Shown here piece by piece: positions 38,436 to 48,110 of a DNA stretch of 64,000 nucleotides. The stretch comes from Dehalococcoidia bacterium. GTDB taxonomy: Bacteria; Chloroflexota; Dehalococcoidia; Plut-88900. The notes beneath the pieces were generated by a model, which saw only the letters and a program-made list of their open reading frames with translations, was not told where the DNA came from and made no database searches. The position numbers were made by a program, and so were the translations under genes. The number at the start of each line of letters is the position of its first letter. The first letter of the stretch is position 1. The DNA lies in NCBI GenBank assembly GCA_965249275.1, contig CBDFLQ010000005.1, positions 448,001-512,000 of the forward strand. The letters are read 5' to 3'.

Positions 38436-39785
38436 CTAGGCCGCCGGTTCCTGTTGCAATTCTCTCAGCACGCGTTGGGCAGAGAGAACTGCGGCCTCCA
38501 AGCCTCCGCTGACAGTGTAATCGCCGCAGTAGTGGATGCGGCCCGTGGGTTGCTTGATCTGCTCGGCGATTTCGAGCCGGCCCACGCGCCAAGGGCTGAT
38601 GGCGTGGGGCCAGTGCCTTATGGAGGTCTGCACGATCTTGCCCGCTATGTCAGGGAAGGCGGAGACAAGCTCCTCAGTGAGGACTTCAAGGGCTTCGCCG
38701 TCGGACATCTGCTGGAGCTCCTTGGAAGCCTTGTCACCCGTGTAGACTCGCAGGAGCCCCTGGCCCGTGCGCTGCTTGACCTCCTTGGGGAAGGTGAAGG
38801 TGGGGTTGGTCACCGAGACGATCTTCTTGCCGACAATCGGTACGCGCCAGACGCCTTCGCCGAGGAATCGCTCCGAATTCTCGCTGAGAAGGAAACCGGC
38901 GGAGGTCATGGCGCCGAAGTCGACCTTGGCAAGGACATCGCGCTTCCATTGAGGCATGTCCTTGACGATGGGCGACACGAGGGGGCCAGGAATGGCGATT
39001 ACGCAGCGTCGGGCGGTAACGGACTTACGCTGGCCGGCGTGGTCGTAGCTGACGCGAACGGCGCCGTTTTCGTGGACTATCTCGTCGACGCTTGCAGAGG
39101 TCTCGGTCTTGTCTTTGACATTGTCCCAGAGGGCCTTGGTCAGCTCCCACGTGCCGCCATTAACGTAATATTCGGCCTCCGCGAAGTGAAGGAAGGTGTT
39201 GATGGGCTGGAAGGCGGCGACCTGGTCGGCGGTGACGGTGTTGGCGCCCTTGGAGAGGGTGTCCCAGATGGCGCGGATATCGGGGTGATAGGCGCCCATA
39301 AAGCTTTCGAGAGTCTCGCCGGAGAGCTCCTGGGTCTTCTTGTTATAGGGGTCGGGCTCCTGGTCGACGAGCTCCCTGTATCGGCGGCGGATTCGGAGGA
39401 CCTTGAGACCCATCTTCACCTTTTCGAGGAAAGGTATTGGCAGTCGCCAGAGGAACAGAGGCTCGCCCAGGGTTTTGGGTTTGAGGGGGGCCGTGATGAG
39501 CTTGCCTTTCATGTGCATCGGCATTCGGGTTTTGCCGATGAGGGTCTTTTCTACCCCGATCTCCCGGGCGAGCTTTGCCGTTTCGCTTTCGTCGCCGAGG
39601 ACGACCTGGGCACCGGTGTTGTAAACGTATTCGCCCATCTTGCGGGAGATGGTGCGGCCACCGCACACATCCTCTTTTTCGAGGACAAGGATGTTCTTGT
39701 CTTTAAGCCGGTAGGCAGCAGTCAATCCCGCTATCCCCGCTCCCACAATTACGGCATCAAGGACATTGTTGTCGTCTTCTGGCAT
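38436..39785 (-). CDS. Flavin amine-oxidase-family FAD oxidoreductase, paralog 2
   Basis: GAGIAGLTAA, CGGR, HYCGDY. Confidence 0.85.
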   Translation of the reverse strand: MPEDDNNVLDAVIVGAGIAGLTAAYRLKDKNILVLEKEDVCGGRTISRKMGEYVYNTGAQVVLGDESETAKLAREIGVEKTLIGKTRMPMHMKGKLITAPLKPKTLGEPLFLWRLPIPFLEKVKMGLKVLRIRRRYRELVDQEPDPYNKKTQELSGETLESFMGAYHPDIRAIWDTLSKGANTVTADQVAAFQPINTFLHFAEAEYYVNGGTWELTKALWDNVKDKTETSASVDEIVHENGAVRVSYDHAGQRKSVTARRCVIAIPGPLVSPIVKDMPQWKRDVLAKVDFGAMTSAGFLLSENSERFLGEGVWRVPIVGKKIVSVTNPTFTFPKEVKQRTGQGLLRVYTGDKASKELQQMSDGEALEVLTEELVSAFPDIAGKIVQTSIRHWPHAISPWRVGRLEIAEQIKQPTGRIHYCGDYTVSGGLEAAVLSAQRVLRELQQEPAA

Positions 39786-40336
39786 TTGCTTGTATCCCTA
39801 CCGATAGTATTAATTTACGAGGCCGCCCTGCGGCTGCCGACTACATGGCCTCGGGGTCCGCGGGCAATAATACAACATTGGGGTGGGGGGCGGCGTCGGT
39901 GTGTACTCGTTCGGTAGGTTAGTGACACACTGGCGTTTTCTTCAGTCCTCCAGAGGCGGATCTTCGATTGTGGGGTTTCGGTTTCAGTTCTGTCTGTTAG
40001 GTTTTGGGAAGGCGATGAAAGACGCTTGCCGGATTCGGCTCCCTACATTTAGATAATGCGGGCTAGGAGGCGTCCCGGGAGCGTGGGACGGGTCTCCGCC
40101 GCCGCCTAGACCTGGAAGTATGGTCGGACGTACGGGTCCGTCATCCGTCATAGGCTCCGATGCAGGGTTGGCTGCGCTGTCCGCCGTAGGCGGATGCAGG
40201 AAGGGGAAAGTCCAGGGTCAGTTCCCCTCGCAGGAGTACGGGATATCCAGTTCGCCGACGATGTCCCGGAGCCGGGAGACGGCGGCAGCCCAGTTTATTT
40301 GGGAAGCGGACGGAGAGCCGAGCGGGCCTCGGCTAC

Positions 40337-40468
40337 GAGCCTGTCTCAAAAGTCGCCCCATGCCCCTCTTCCCGCTCTTATACGACTTGGATTCGTGCCT
40401 ACGGCACCCGTCGCATTGGTCAAGAATATCCAATCGGGCTGTGTCTAACGGACTTATGAGACAGGCTC
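40337..40468. mobile_element. 132-bp MITE with 18-bp terminal inverted repeats and a 4-bp CTAC target duplication
   Basis: GAGCCTGTCTCAAAAGTC ... GACTTATGAGACAGGCTC (17/18 match); CTAC at 40333-40336 and 40469-40472. Confidence 0.85.
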
Positions 40469-40739
40469 CTACGGGCTGCCCCGTTCCGCTCATGGGACAA
40501 GGTTGCTCCGTAAGGAGACTTTTAAGTACGGTCCAGGGCGTCTTCCATCGCCTAGTAGTCAGGGAAGGGGGCACGGGACCCGGGGGATGAGGAGATGGCG
40601 ACTTTCGCTTGTGCCGCGGGCCTGCGCGAGGGCCGTTGGGATGGGCTGAGGCGTTGAGTCCTCTGGTGGGTCGGGTGGGCTTCCCTAGTTTTTGATTCCT
40701 CCTTAAGGTGGTTGGGTTAGGTGGTCTAGACCTGGCTAC

Positions 40740-40769
40740 AATATAGAACATAAGTACTTATGATGTCAA
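40740..40769 (-). promoter_or_regulatory. Promoter with a LexA-like box in the spacer
   Basis: Minus strand TTGACA-18 bp-TATATT; GAAC-ATAA-GTAC at 40746-40757; perfect palindrome CATAAGTACTTATG. Confidence 0.65.
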
Positions 40770-40831
40770 GGGGGTGATGCCACTCTCTATGTGAACGGGA
40801 TCACGGTGAGTAACAGGGACCGCGCCACTCC

Positions 40832-40943
40832 ATTCCGCCCTAGAGACCCCCTTCGAGAGCCTCAGGACAGGCTTCGACTAGGCTTACGCCACGGTCGTAC
40901 GCCAAAGGCGCACTTGCAGCATCTTCGACAGGGCGAGCGGAAT
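40832..40943 (+). repeat. Expanded REP (45-bp unit plus three modules of about 22 nt)
   Basis: Same termini as the 45-bp unit; 112 bp. Confidence 0.75.
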
Positions 40944-41020
40944 TCCCCGCCTTGAGGACAGTTAAGAGTTTCAGGGGCCGGAATTGCGAGGCAGCTTCCC
41001 AGCGGTGCGGGCGGTTCGCT

Positions 41021-41431
41021 CTAACCGAAGTCGAGCATCCAGTTGATGCCGAACTTGTCGGTGCAGGAGCCGAAGTAGGAGCCCCAGAACATGTCGCCCA
41101 ACGGCATGGAAACTGCGCCGCCCTCGGATAGCTTGGCGAAGAGCTGGTCGGTTTCCTCCCTGCTGGCGGGGGCGTAGGAGAGGGAGAAATTGTTACCCTG
41201 ATTAACAGTCATGCCAAAAGTTGATGGCATGTCGCTGCCCATGAGCACGTTGTCGCCGATGGTATAGGAGACGTGCATGATGCCATCTCGCTCCTCCTCC
41301 GGAATCTGCATTTCCGGAGGGCCGTCGCCGAAGGTGGTTATGAGATCGAACTCGCCGCCGAAGACTGAACGGTAGAATTCAAAGGCTTCCCGACAAGTTC
41401 CGTCGAAGTGAAGGTATACGTTAAGTGACAT
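41021..41431 (-). CDS. VOC/PhnB family protein
   Basis: YLHFDGTCREAFEFY, IMH, LSEGG, MFWGSYFG, DKFGINW. Confidence 0.9.
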   Translation of the reverse strand: MSLNVYLHFDGTCREAFEFYRSVFGGEFDLITTFGDGPPEMQIPEEERDGIMHVSYTIGDNVLMGSDMPSTFGMTVNQGNNFSLSYAPASREETDQLFAKLSEGGAVSMPLGDMFWGSYFGSCTDKFGINWMLDFG

Positions 41432-41596
41432 CTATTCCTATCCTTATGTTTACGGTCTCGCTTTTGTCTGCGGGCATCTATTTTAACTGACTTTCCAACT
41501 GGCACCTAAACTCACAAACGAAGTGCAACACGTAGTTAAAGAGCCGGCTGGGCGTTACGTTAGGGGAGGTGTGAGTGGCAGGGGCGGCCCCACCCC

Positions 41597-41664
41597 ATTC
41601 CGCTCTTGAGACCCCCTTCGAGAGCCTCAGGACAGGCTTCGACTCGGCTCAGGGCGAGTGGAAT
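41597..41664 (+). repeat. Expanded REP (45 + 23 nt)
   Basis: Insert containing CTTCGAGAGCCTCAGGACAGG. Confidence 0.78.
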
Positions 41665-41749
41665 GCCCCGCCCCTAGGTCGGTTTACAGTATCGGGGGGC
41701 GGAATTATGGAGGGAGTAGGTGGTATATAATGGTGTACTTGGGGGAGCC

Positions 41750-42037
41750 ATGCCTTTAAGTCGAGAGGAAGTAGAGCACATAGCCCTGTTGGCCCGGGTC
41801 GGGATGACCGAGGAAGACCTGGAGACCTTCGGGGGGCAGTTGTCCCACATATTGGAGCAGTTCAGGGTGCTCGAAGAGGTGGATACGGAGGGCGTTCCCC
41901 CAACTTCTCACACCGTAGACGTATTCAGCGTTTTCAGGGACGACGAAGACCGACCATCTCTGCCCTCGCAGGACGTGCTGGCCAACGCACCCCGCAGAGA
42001 CGACGACTATTTCAGGGTCAAGCCGGTTCTCGGTTGA
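41750..42037 (+). CDS. gatC: Asp/Glu-tRNA amidotransferase subunit C
   Basis: EVEHIALLAR, VDTEGVPPT, LANAP, YFRVKPVL; upstream of gatA. Confidence 0.95.
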   Translation: MPLSREEVEHIALLARVGMTEEDLETFGGQLSHILEQFRVLEEVDTEGVPPTSHTVDVFSVFRDDEDRPSLPSQDVLANAPRRDDDYFRVKPVLG

Positions 42038-42045
42038 CCTGACCC

Positions 42046-43515
42046 ATGAGCAGACAGCAACCCCTTCACGACCTAACGATCCACGACGCGGCGGACCTTC
42101 TCGCGGCGCGGGAGATCACGTCTACGGAGCTTACCGAGGCGGTACTGGGTCGCATCGAGAACGTGGACGAGAGGGTGAAGGCGTTCGTTACCGTCACGGG
42201 CGAAAGGGCTTTGGCTGACGCCAGGGCCGCAGACGCCAGGGTTGTGTCGGGGAGGCTGGGGCCTCTCGATGGGGTGCCGATGATGCTCAAGGACAACATC
42301 TGCACCACCGGCATCCGAACCACTTGCTCGTCCAAGATGCTGGAGAATTTCGTTCCTCCTTACAACGCCCACGTGGCGGAGCGGCTGCGGGAGTCGGGGG
42401 CGGTGCTGGTGGGTAAGGGGAACCTGGACGAGTTCGCCATGGGGTCGTCGACGGAAAACTCGGCGTTCTACACGACGCACAATCCCTGGGACCTGGGTCG
42501 GGTGCCGGGGGGGAGCAGCGGAGGAGCGACGGCAGCGGTGGCGGCAGGGGAGGCGATGTACTCATTGGGGTCCGACACTGGAGGTAGTATCCGGCAACCG
42601 GCGTCGTTCTGCGGGGTTGTGGGGCTGAAGCCGACCTATGGCGCAGTGAGCAGGTACGGTTTGGTCGCTTTCGGGAGTTCACTGGACCAGATAGGCCCGG
42701 TGACCAAGGACGTGACCGACAGCGCCCTTGTGATGAACGCCATCGCAGGGCACGATGCTCGGGACTCGACGTCTGTGCCATTTCAGCCTCCCGACTACAC
42801 CGAGGCCCTGCTCCCCGACATCAAGGGGATGCGAATCGGGGTTCCGAAGGAGTACTTCGTCGAGGGGATAGGGCGGGACGTGGTGGACGTGATGGGAAGG
42901 GCACTGGCGAAGCTGGAGGAACTGGGGGCCGAGGTCGACCGGGAGGTATCACTGCCGCACACGAAATATGCTTTGGCGGTGTACTACATAATCGCACCGT
43001 CTGAGGCGTCGGCGAACCTGGCGAGGTATGACGGGGTGAAGTACGGTTTCTCGGCGCAGGATGCGGAAAACATGTGGGACGCGATGGAAAAAACTCGGCA
43101 ACAGGGGTTTGGGCCGGAGGTGAAGCGCCGGATCATGCTCGGGACTTATGCGTTGTCGTCGGGGTACTACGACGCGTATTATCTGAAGGCGCAGAAGGTG
43201 AGGACTCTGATCAGGCGGGAGTTCGATGAAGCATTTGAGCGGTACGACGCGCTAATCGCCCCGACTTGCCCAACCCCGGCCTTCGCCCTCGGAGATAAAA
43301 CGGACGACCCGGTGCAGATGTACCTGAGCGATATCTGCACGATCCCGGCAAACATAGCGGGGATACCTTCAATCTCGGTGCCGGCGGGGTTTTCGTTTGG
43401 GCTGCCGGTCGGGATGCAGATTATGGCGAAGCCATTCGGGGAGCCGACGATATTCCGTGCGGCCTATGCGTACGAGCAGTCCATGGGGTGGCGGCACCTG
43501 CGGGCGCCGGTGTAA
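42046..43515 (+). CDS. gatA: Asp/Glu-tRNA amidotransferase subunit A
   Basis: [51 protein letters not shown]. Confidence 0.97.
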   Translation: MSRQQPLHDLTIHDAADLLAAREITSTELTEAVLGRIENVDERVKAFVTVTGERALADARAADARVVSGRLGPLDGVPMMLKDNICTTGIRTTCSSKMLENFVPPYNAHVAERLRESGAVLVGKGNLDEFAMGSSTENSAFYTTHNPWDLGRVPGGSSGGATAAVAAGEAMYSLGSDTGGSIRQPASFCGVVGLKPTYGAVSRYGLVAFGSSLDQIGPVTKDVTDSALVMNAIAGHDARDSTSVPFQPPDYTEALLPDIKGMRIGVPKEYFVEGIGRDVVDVMGRALAKLEELGAEVDREVSLPHTKYALAVYYIIAPSEASANLARYDGVKYGFSAQDAENMWDAMEKTRQQGFGPEVKRRIMLGTYALSSGYYDAYYLKAQKVRTLIRREFDEAFERYDALIAPTCPTPAFALGDKTDDPVQMYLSDICTIPANIAGIPSISVPAGFSFGLPVGMQIMAKPFGEPTIFRAAYAYEQSMGWRHLRAPV

Positions 43516-43610
43516 GGCCCAACCGAGGCTGCAGCATTTTCTAATTGCCCCCAACGGTAGTTTGATATACTCGCAGCGGCTTTTCCGATATCCCCTTTAC
43601 GAAGGTGAGT

Positions 43611-45152
43611 ATGGGCAATCGCGACGTTTCTGCAGCCTTGGAATACCATAACGCTACCAAGCACTCTTACTGGAGTGTACGGAGCGGCCACGGGTTGGAC
43701 TGGCCGAACCAGCCACTGCCCTTCAAGATCTACAAGGATGTCGATAGCGTCCGGTTGCCCACGGACGGCAGTCCCATAGCGGCAAGTGTAGCGGAGACGG
43801 TTGGCGCAGAGCCCCTGCCTCACGACACAGCGTCGATGCCGGACTTAGCCTCGCTGGCCCGGCTCCTATACCTCTCTGGGGGGATCACCAAGAGAAAGCC
43901 CTACGCTGGCGGGGAATTGTATTTCCGGGCTGCGGCCTGCACCGGTGCCCTTTATCACATCGACCTATACCTGGTGTGTGGAGACCTGCCGGGCCTCGGG
44001 GCGGGGGTGTATCACTTCGGGCCGAATGATTTCGGGCTGGTGCGGCTGCGAGATGGCGACTACCGGGGTGTGCTGGCTGAGGCATCGGGCCACGAGACGT
44101 CGGTAGTAGAAGCTCCGCTTACGCTGGTGCTTGCGGATACGCACTGGCGGAACGCCTGGAAGTACGGGGCGCGGGCGTACAGGCACGCTTTCTGGGATGC
44201 GGGGACTTTGCTGGCCAACACGCTGGCTGCGACGTCGGGGGCCGGGGTGCCTTCGAAGGTAGTTACCTCGTTTGTGGACGAGGAAGTTCATCGGCTGTTG
44301 GGGCTGGAGGTTGAGAAGGAATCGGTAGTAGCGCTGGTGCCGTTGGGGAGGGCCTCAGAGGCCACACCCGTAACACCCCTACCGGTGGACGTCCTTGAAA
44401 TGCCCACCGAACCTCTTTCGCCGAAGATGGTGGAATACCTGAGCATTTATGAATTGAACAGAAACTCGTCACTGGAATCGCCGGAGGAAGTGGCAGACAT
44501 GAGGGGCAGGACACCGACGTTGCGAGCATACGAAACGGCAGGCAAGATGGTGCAACTGCCGCGAGAAGGAGACGTGAGGGTGCGAGGTCTGGAGGAGACC
44601 ATCTTGCGACGAGGGTCCACGAGGACGTTTGCTCAAGACCCAATCTCGGTAGAGGAGCTGTCGGCGGCCCTGCACTACTCGACGAGGGGAATCGACGCCG
44701 ATTTCCTGTCGCCGTATGGAGCTTCGGTAAACGAGCTATTCCTGATAGTCAACGCGGTCGAGGGTTTGGCCTCGGGGGCGTACCGCTATGATCGGGAGCA
44801 GCACGGGCTGGAACTGCTGGAGGAGGGTGATTTCAGGGGGGAGGCGGGGCACCTGGGCCTGGACCAGCAGATCCCCGCCGACGCCAGTGTCAACGTGTAC
44901 ATGCTGGCGGACTTGAAGCCGGTGTTGGATGCTTTCGGGAACCGAGGGTATCGGATGGCACAGCTGGAGTCGGGGATAATAGGGGGTCGGTTGTACCTGA
45001 TGGCCTACGGGATGGGGTTCGGGGCAAGCGGGCTGACCTTCTACGACGATGAGGTCATCGAGTTCTTCGGGCCGGCGGCCGAGGGGCTGAGCGTGATGTT
45101 TCTTATGGCCTTGGGCCGGTCGGTGAAGCGGAAAAGGGGTGGGGCGGGGTAA
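43611..45152 (+). CDS. SagB/ThcOx-family two-domain nitroreductase
   Basis: YHNATKH, LDWPNQPLPFK, RAAACTGALY, WKYGARAYR, RRGSTR, ASGLTFYDD. Confidence 0.88.
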   Translation: MGNRDVSAALEYHNATKHSYWSVRSGHGLDWPNQPLPFKIYKDVDSVRLPTDGSPIAASVAETVGAEPLPHDTASMPDLASLARLLYLSGGITKRKPYAGGELYFRAAACTGALYHIDLYLVCGDLPGLGAGVYHFGPNDFGLVRLRDGDYRGVLAEASGHETSVVEAPLTLVLADTHWRNAWKYGARAYRHAFWDAGTLLANTLAATSGAGVPSKVVTSFVDEEVHRLLGLEVEKESVVALVPLGRASEATPVTPLPVDVLEMPTEPLSPKMVEYLSIYELNRNSSLESPEEVADMRGRTPTLRAYETAGKMVQLPREGDVRVRGLEETILRRGSTRTFAQDPISVEELSAALHYSTRGIDADFLSPYGASVNELFLIVNAVEGLASGAYRYDREQHGLELLEEGDFRGEAGHLGLDQQIPADASVNVYMLADLKPVLDAFGNRGYRMAQLESGIIGGRLYLMAYGMGFGASGLTFYDDEVIEFFGPAAEGLSVMFLMALGRSVKRKRGGAG

Positions 45153-45400
45153 GGGTCAGGAATATGATGGTAGGGAGAGCTTTGCTTAATTCGATGACAA
45201 ACCCTCTGTGAGCCTCGGCCACTCCCTCCCCTCGCTCATACTTCGAGAGCCTCAGCACGAGCGGCCCCAGCCCCGGGAACCAGGTTATATGCAGATCCTA
45301 GCGAGGGAGAGGGGACCGGATGCCTCATGCGGTCCCGTGCAGTGGTGTCATACAGAGTTAGCGTAGGGGTTGATATGTTTCGAAGAGAAGGGAGATATAG

Positions 45401-46561
45401 ATGAAGACGGCAACTTGGCAGTACTTCACCCTGGAGGAATACCAGGGCAGGTTGGACGCTCTAAGGGCGCGGATGGAGGCGAAGGGTGTGGACTGCATGA
45501 TGGTACACACGCCGGAGAACCTGTATTACCTAACCGGGTACCAGACCCCCGGCTACTATTGGTACCAGACGTTGATAGTAACCATGGACCGGGAGCCGGT
45601 GTTCATAACCCGCCTACTGGAGAACTCCAACGTAGAGCACCTGACTTGGGTGGAGGACAGCCGGCCCTACGGGGACTCGGACGACTGGGTGGCTCGGACG
45701 CGGGACACACTGGAGGACCTGGGGATGGGGTCGAAGAGGATAGGGGTGGAGATGAGCTCCTGGTTCATAACCATCCAGGACTACGACAGGTTGAAGGGGA
45801 TGCTGCCGGACGCGAAGTGGGTGGACTGCTCGATGATGGTGGAAGAGGGGCGGATGATCAAGTCGCCGAAGGAGATCGAATACATTACGCAGGCTGCCCG
45901 GGCCACGGAGGCAAGTGTACTGGCGGGGATCGAGGCGTCGGCGGTGGGGGCTACGGAGAACGAGGTCGCCGCGGCGGTGTATGCGGCGCAGATAAAGGCG
46001 GGAAGCGAATACACGGGGCTGCCCCTCTTCGTCACCGCCGGTAAGAGGTCGTTCCTCGGACACGTGACATGGTACCGGGAGACGATACAGCCGGGGGACA
46101 CGGTGTTCCTGGAGCTATCGGGTTGCATCAACCGGTACCACGCCTCGCAGATGCGGAACGTGTACCTGGGTGATCCGCCGGAGGGATCCATAAAGGCGAC
46201 GGGCGTGATGGCTGAGGCCCTGGAGGAGATGATCAAGTTCATAAAACCTGGGGTCACGGCGCACGATGCCCACATGGTGTGCAAGAACGTCATTGGGGGG
46301 GCGGGGCTGGGGGTGGAGCTGACTCACCGGGCAGCGTATTCCATAGGAATAGCGTTTGCGCCGGACTGGGGCGAAGGGCACATTATCAGCATGAACGAGG
46401 GTGAATACCGGGAGTTGAAGGCCGGGATGACCTTCCACCTGATACCGGCTATTTTTATACCGGGGCTGTCGTCGGTGGGGGTGAGCGAGACGGTGTTGGT
46501 GACGGAGACCGGTTGTGAGCCGATAACTGGGAATGTGGAGAGGAAGCTGTTTTCGAAGTAG
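45401..46561 (+). CDS. M24-family hydrolase, ectoine hydrolase DoeA/EutD-like, paralog 1
   Basis: NLYYLTGY, RMIKSPKEI, GCINRYH, YSIGIAFAPDWGE, GMTFH. Confidence 0.82.
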   Translation: MKTATWQYFTLEEYQGRLDALRARMEAKGVDCMMVHTPENLYYLTGYQTPGYYWYQTLIVTMDREPVFITRLLENSNVEHLTWVEDSRPYGDSDDWVARTRDTLEDLGMGSKRIGVEMSSWFITIQDYDRLKGMLPDAKWVDCSMMVEEGRMIKSPKEIEYITQAARATEASVLAGIEASAVGATENEVAAAVYAAQIKAGSEYTGLPLFVTAGKRSFLGHVTWYRETIQPGDTVFLELSGCINRYHASQMRNVYLGDPPEGSIKATGVMAEALEEMIKFIKPGVTAHDAHMVCKNVIGGAGLGVELTHRAAYSIGIAFAPDWGEGHIISMNEGEYRELKAGMTFHLIPAIFIPGLSSVGVSETVLVTETGCEPITGNVERKLFSK

Positions 46562-46616
46562 AGGGATAGACCTTCCAGTCACAAGAACGGGGATCACCCT
46601 GGCCCTCTCCCATCGA

Positions 46617-46740
46617 GAGACCTTTGCGTAACTCCGGGCGGGGGCCGGGACACCCCACCGATTCCGCTCTTGAGACCCTTCGACTCAGCTCAGGGCAAGC
46701 GGAATACCCCGCCATCTTAGGCGGGGTTAGGCAATGGATC
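46617..46740 (+). mobile_element. Degenerate MITE (end GAGACCTTTGCGTAAC) carrying a 45-bp REP (46661-46705)
   Basis: Left end recurs at about 55998 and 57227, each directly after CCATCGAG; decayed right end GTTAGGCAATGGATC. Confidence 0.55.
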
Positions 46741-46769
46741 AACAAAGAGAGAGGGCAACGGAGGAATAG

Positions 46770-47930
46770 GTGAAGAAACCGAACTGGCAGTATTTTGAGC
46801 TGGAGGAGTACCAGCAGAGGCTCGATGCACTTCGGGGGCGGATGGAGGGGTTGGGGGTGGATGCGGTGCTGGTGAACACGCCGGAGAACCTTTACTACCT
46901 CTCGGGTTATCAGACGCCGGGGTATTACTGGTGGCAGACGCTGGTGGTGCCGATGGACCGGGAGCCAGTGTCGGTCACGCGTAGGGTGGAGGACTCGAAC
47001 ATGCGGGAGCTGGGGTGGGTCGAGGACCGGCGCCCGTATGAGGACTATGAGGACTGGGTGGAGAAGACGCGGGATGTGCTGGTGGACCTGGGGCTTGGGG
47101 GGAAGACGATCGGGATGGAGCTTGGGAGTTTCTTTCTTCCGGCAAGGGACTACCTGAAACTGCAGAGCCTGATGCCGGGGGCCAAGTTCGTGGACAGCAC
47201 GGGACTAATCGAAGAGGGGCGGATGATCAAGTCTCCACAGGAGATCGAATACATGCGGCAGGCGGCTAAAGCTGCAGAGGCAGCTACGCTGGCCGGTATA
47301 GAGGCGGTGGGGTTGGGGGCAACGGAGAATGACGTGGCGGCGGAGATGCACAGGGCACAGATCAAGGCAGGAAGCGAGTATACGGGCTTGCCGATTTTCG
47401 TGGCCTCGGGGGTGCGGTCTACGATGACGCACGCCACCTGGTACCGCAGGCCCCTGCAGGAAAACGAAGTCGTGTTCTTCGAGGTGCCGGGGTGCGTAAA
47501 CCGTTATCACGTCGCCATGATGAGGGAAGTGTATATAGGGGAGCCGTCGGAGTTGATGGTGAGGGGTATGGATGTCGTGACCAACACCCTCAGGAAGGCC
47601 AAGGAGAAAATCAGGCCGGGGGTCGTGGCGGGGGACCTTTTCGAAGAGATCAAGGAGATGCTGGACTCGGCGGACCTGGGGGCGAAGCTGGAGCGTCGGG
47701 CGGCGTACTCGATAGGCATAGCCTTCGCTCCCGACTGGGGTGAAGGGCACATCATCAGCATCACGAGAGGCGAGGAGCGATCCCTGCAGGCAGGCATGGC
47801 CTTCCACCTGATTCCCGGGGTACGGATCCCGGGGTTCGGGGGCATCCTATGCAGCGACACGGTCCTGGTCACGGAGGACGGTTGTGAGACGCTGACGGGT
47901 GGGGTGGAACAGAAGTTGTTTGTGAAGTGA
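46770..47930 (+). CDS. M24 DoeA/EutD-like hydrolase, paralog 2
   Basis: Same motifs as paralog 1. Confidence 0.82.
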   Translation: MKKPNWQYFELEEYQQRLDALRGRMEGLGVDAVLVNTPENLYYLSGYQTPGYYWWQTLVVPMDREPVSVTRRVEDSNMRELGWVEDRRPYEDYEDWVEKTRDVLVDLGLGGKTIGMELGSFFLPARDYLKLQSLMPGAKFVDSTGLIEEGRMIKSPQEIEYMRQAAKAAEAATLAGIEAVGLGATENDVAAEMHRAQIKAGSEYTGLPIFVASGVRSTMTHATWYRRPLQENEVVFFEVPGCVNRYHVAMMREVYIGEPSELMVRGMDVVTNTLRKAKEKIRPGVVAGDLFEEIKEMLDSADLGAKLERRAAYSIGIAFAPDWGEGHIISITRGEERSLQAGMAFHLIPGVRIPGFGGILCSDTVLVTEDGCETLTGGVEQKLFVK

Positions 47931-48110
47931 CTATTGGCGATGCGCGGCTTAGACTTGGGAACACCCTCATTCTCCTCAGAGAACCTACGGCCCTAGCCCT
48001 CTTCCGTCGAGGGAGAGGGGAGAGAACACCTCCCCCGCCCCAGATTCCTCGCGGAGCCTCGGAATGACGGTAATGCAAGGACCTCTTTTGGAGACAGCTA
48101 AGGAGTGGAC

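Noticed and set aside
40195-40470. RNase P RNA (GGGGAAAGTCC resembles the P4 5' motif)
   Set aside because: No matching 3' ACAGAA-CCGGCUUA motif or other conserved helices; the region is explained by a MITE and a decayed ORF
41750-43515. gatB missing after gatCA
   Set aside because: A separately located gatB is common; not informative from one window
43611-45152. RiPP (azole) biosynthetic cluster around the SagB-like gene
   Set aside because: No YcaO, precursor peptide or transporter adjacent; stand-alone two-domain nitroreductases are common
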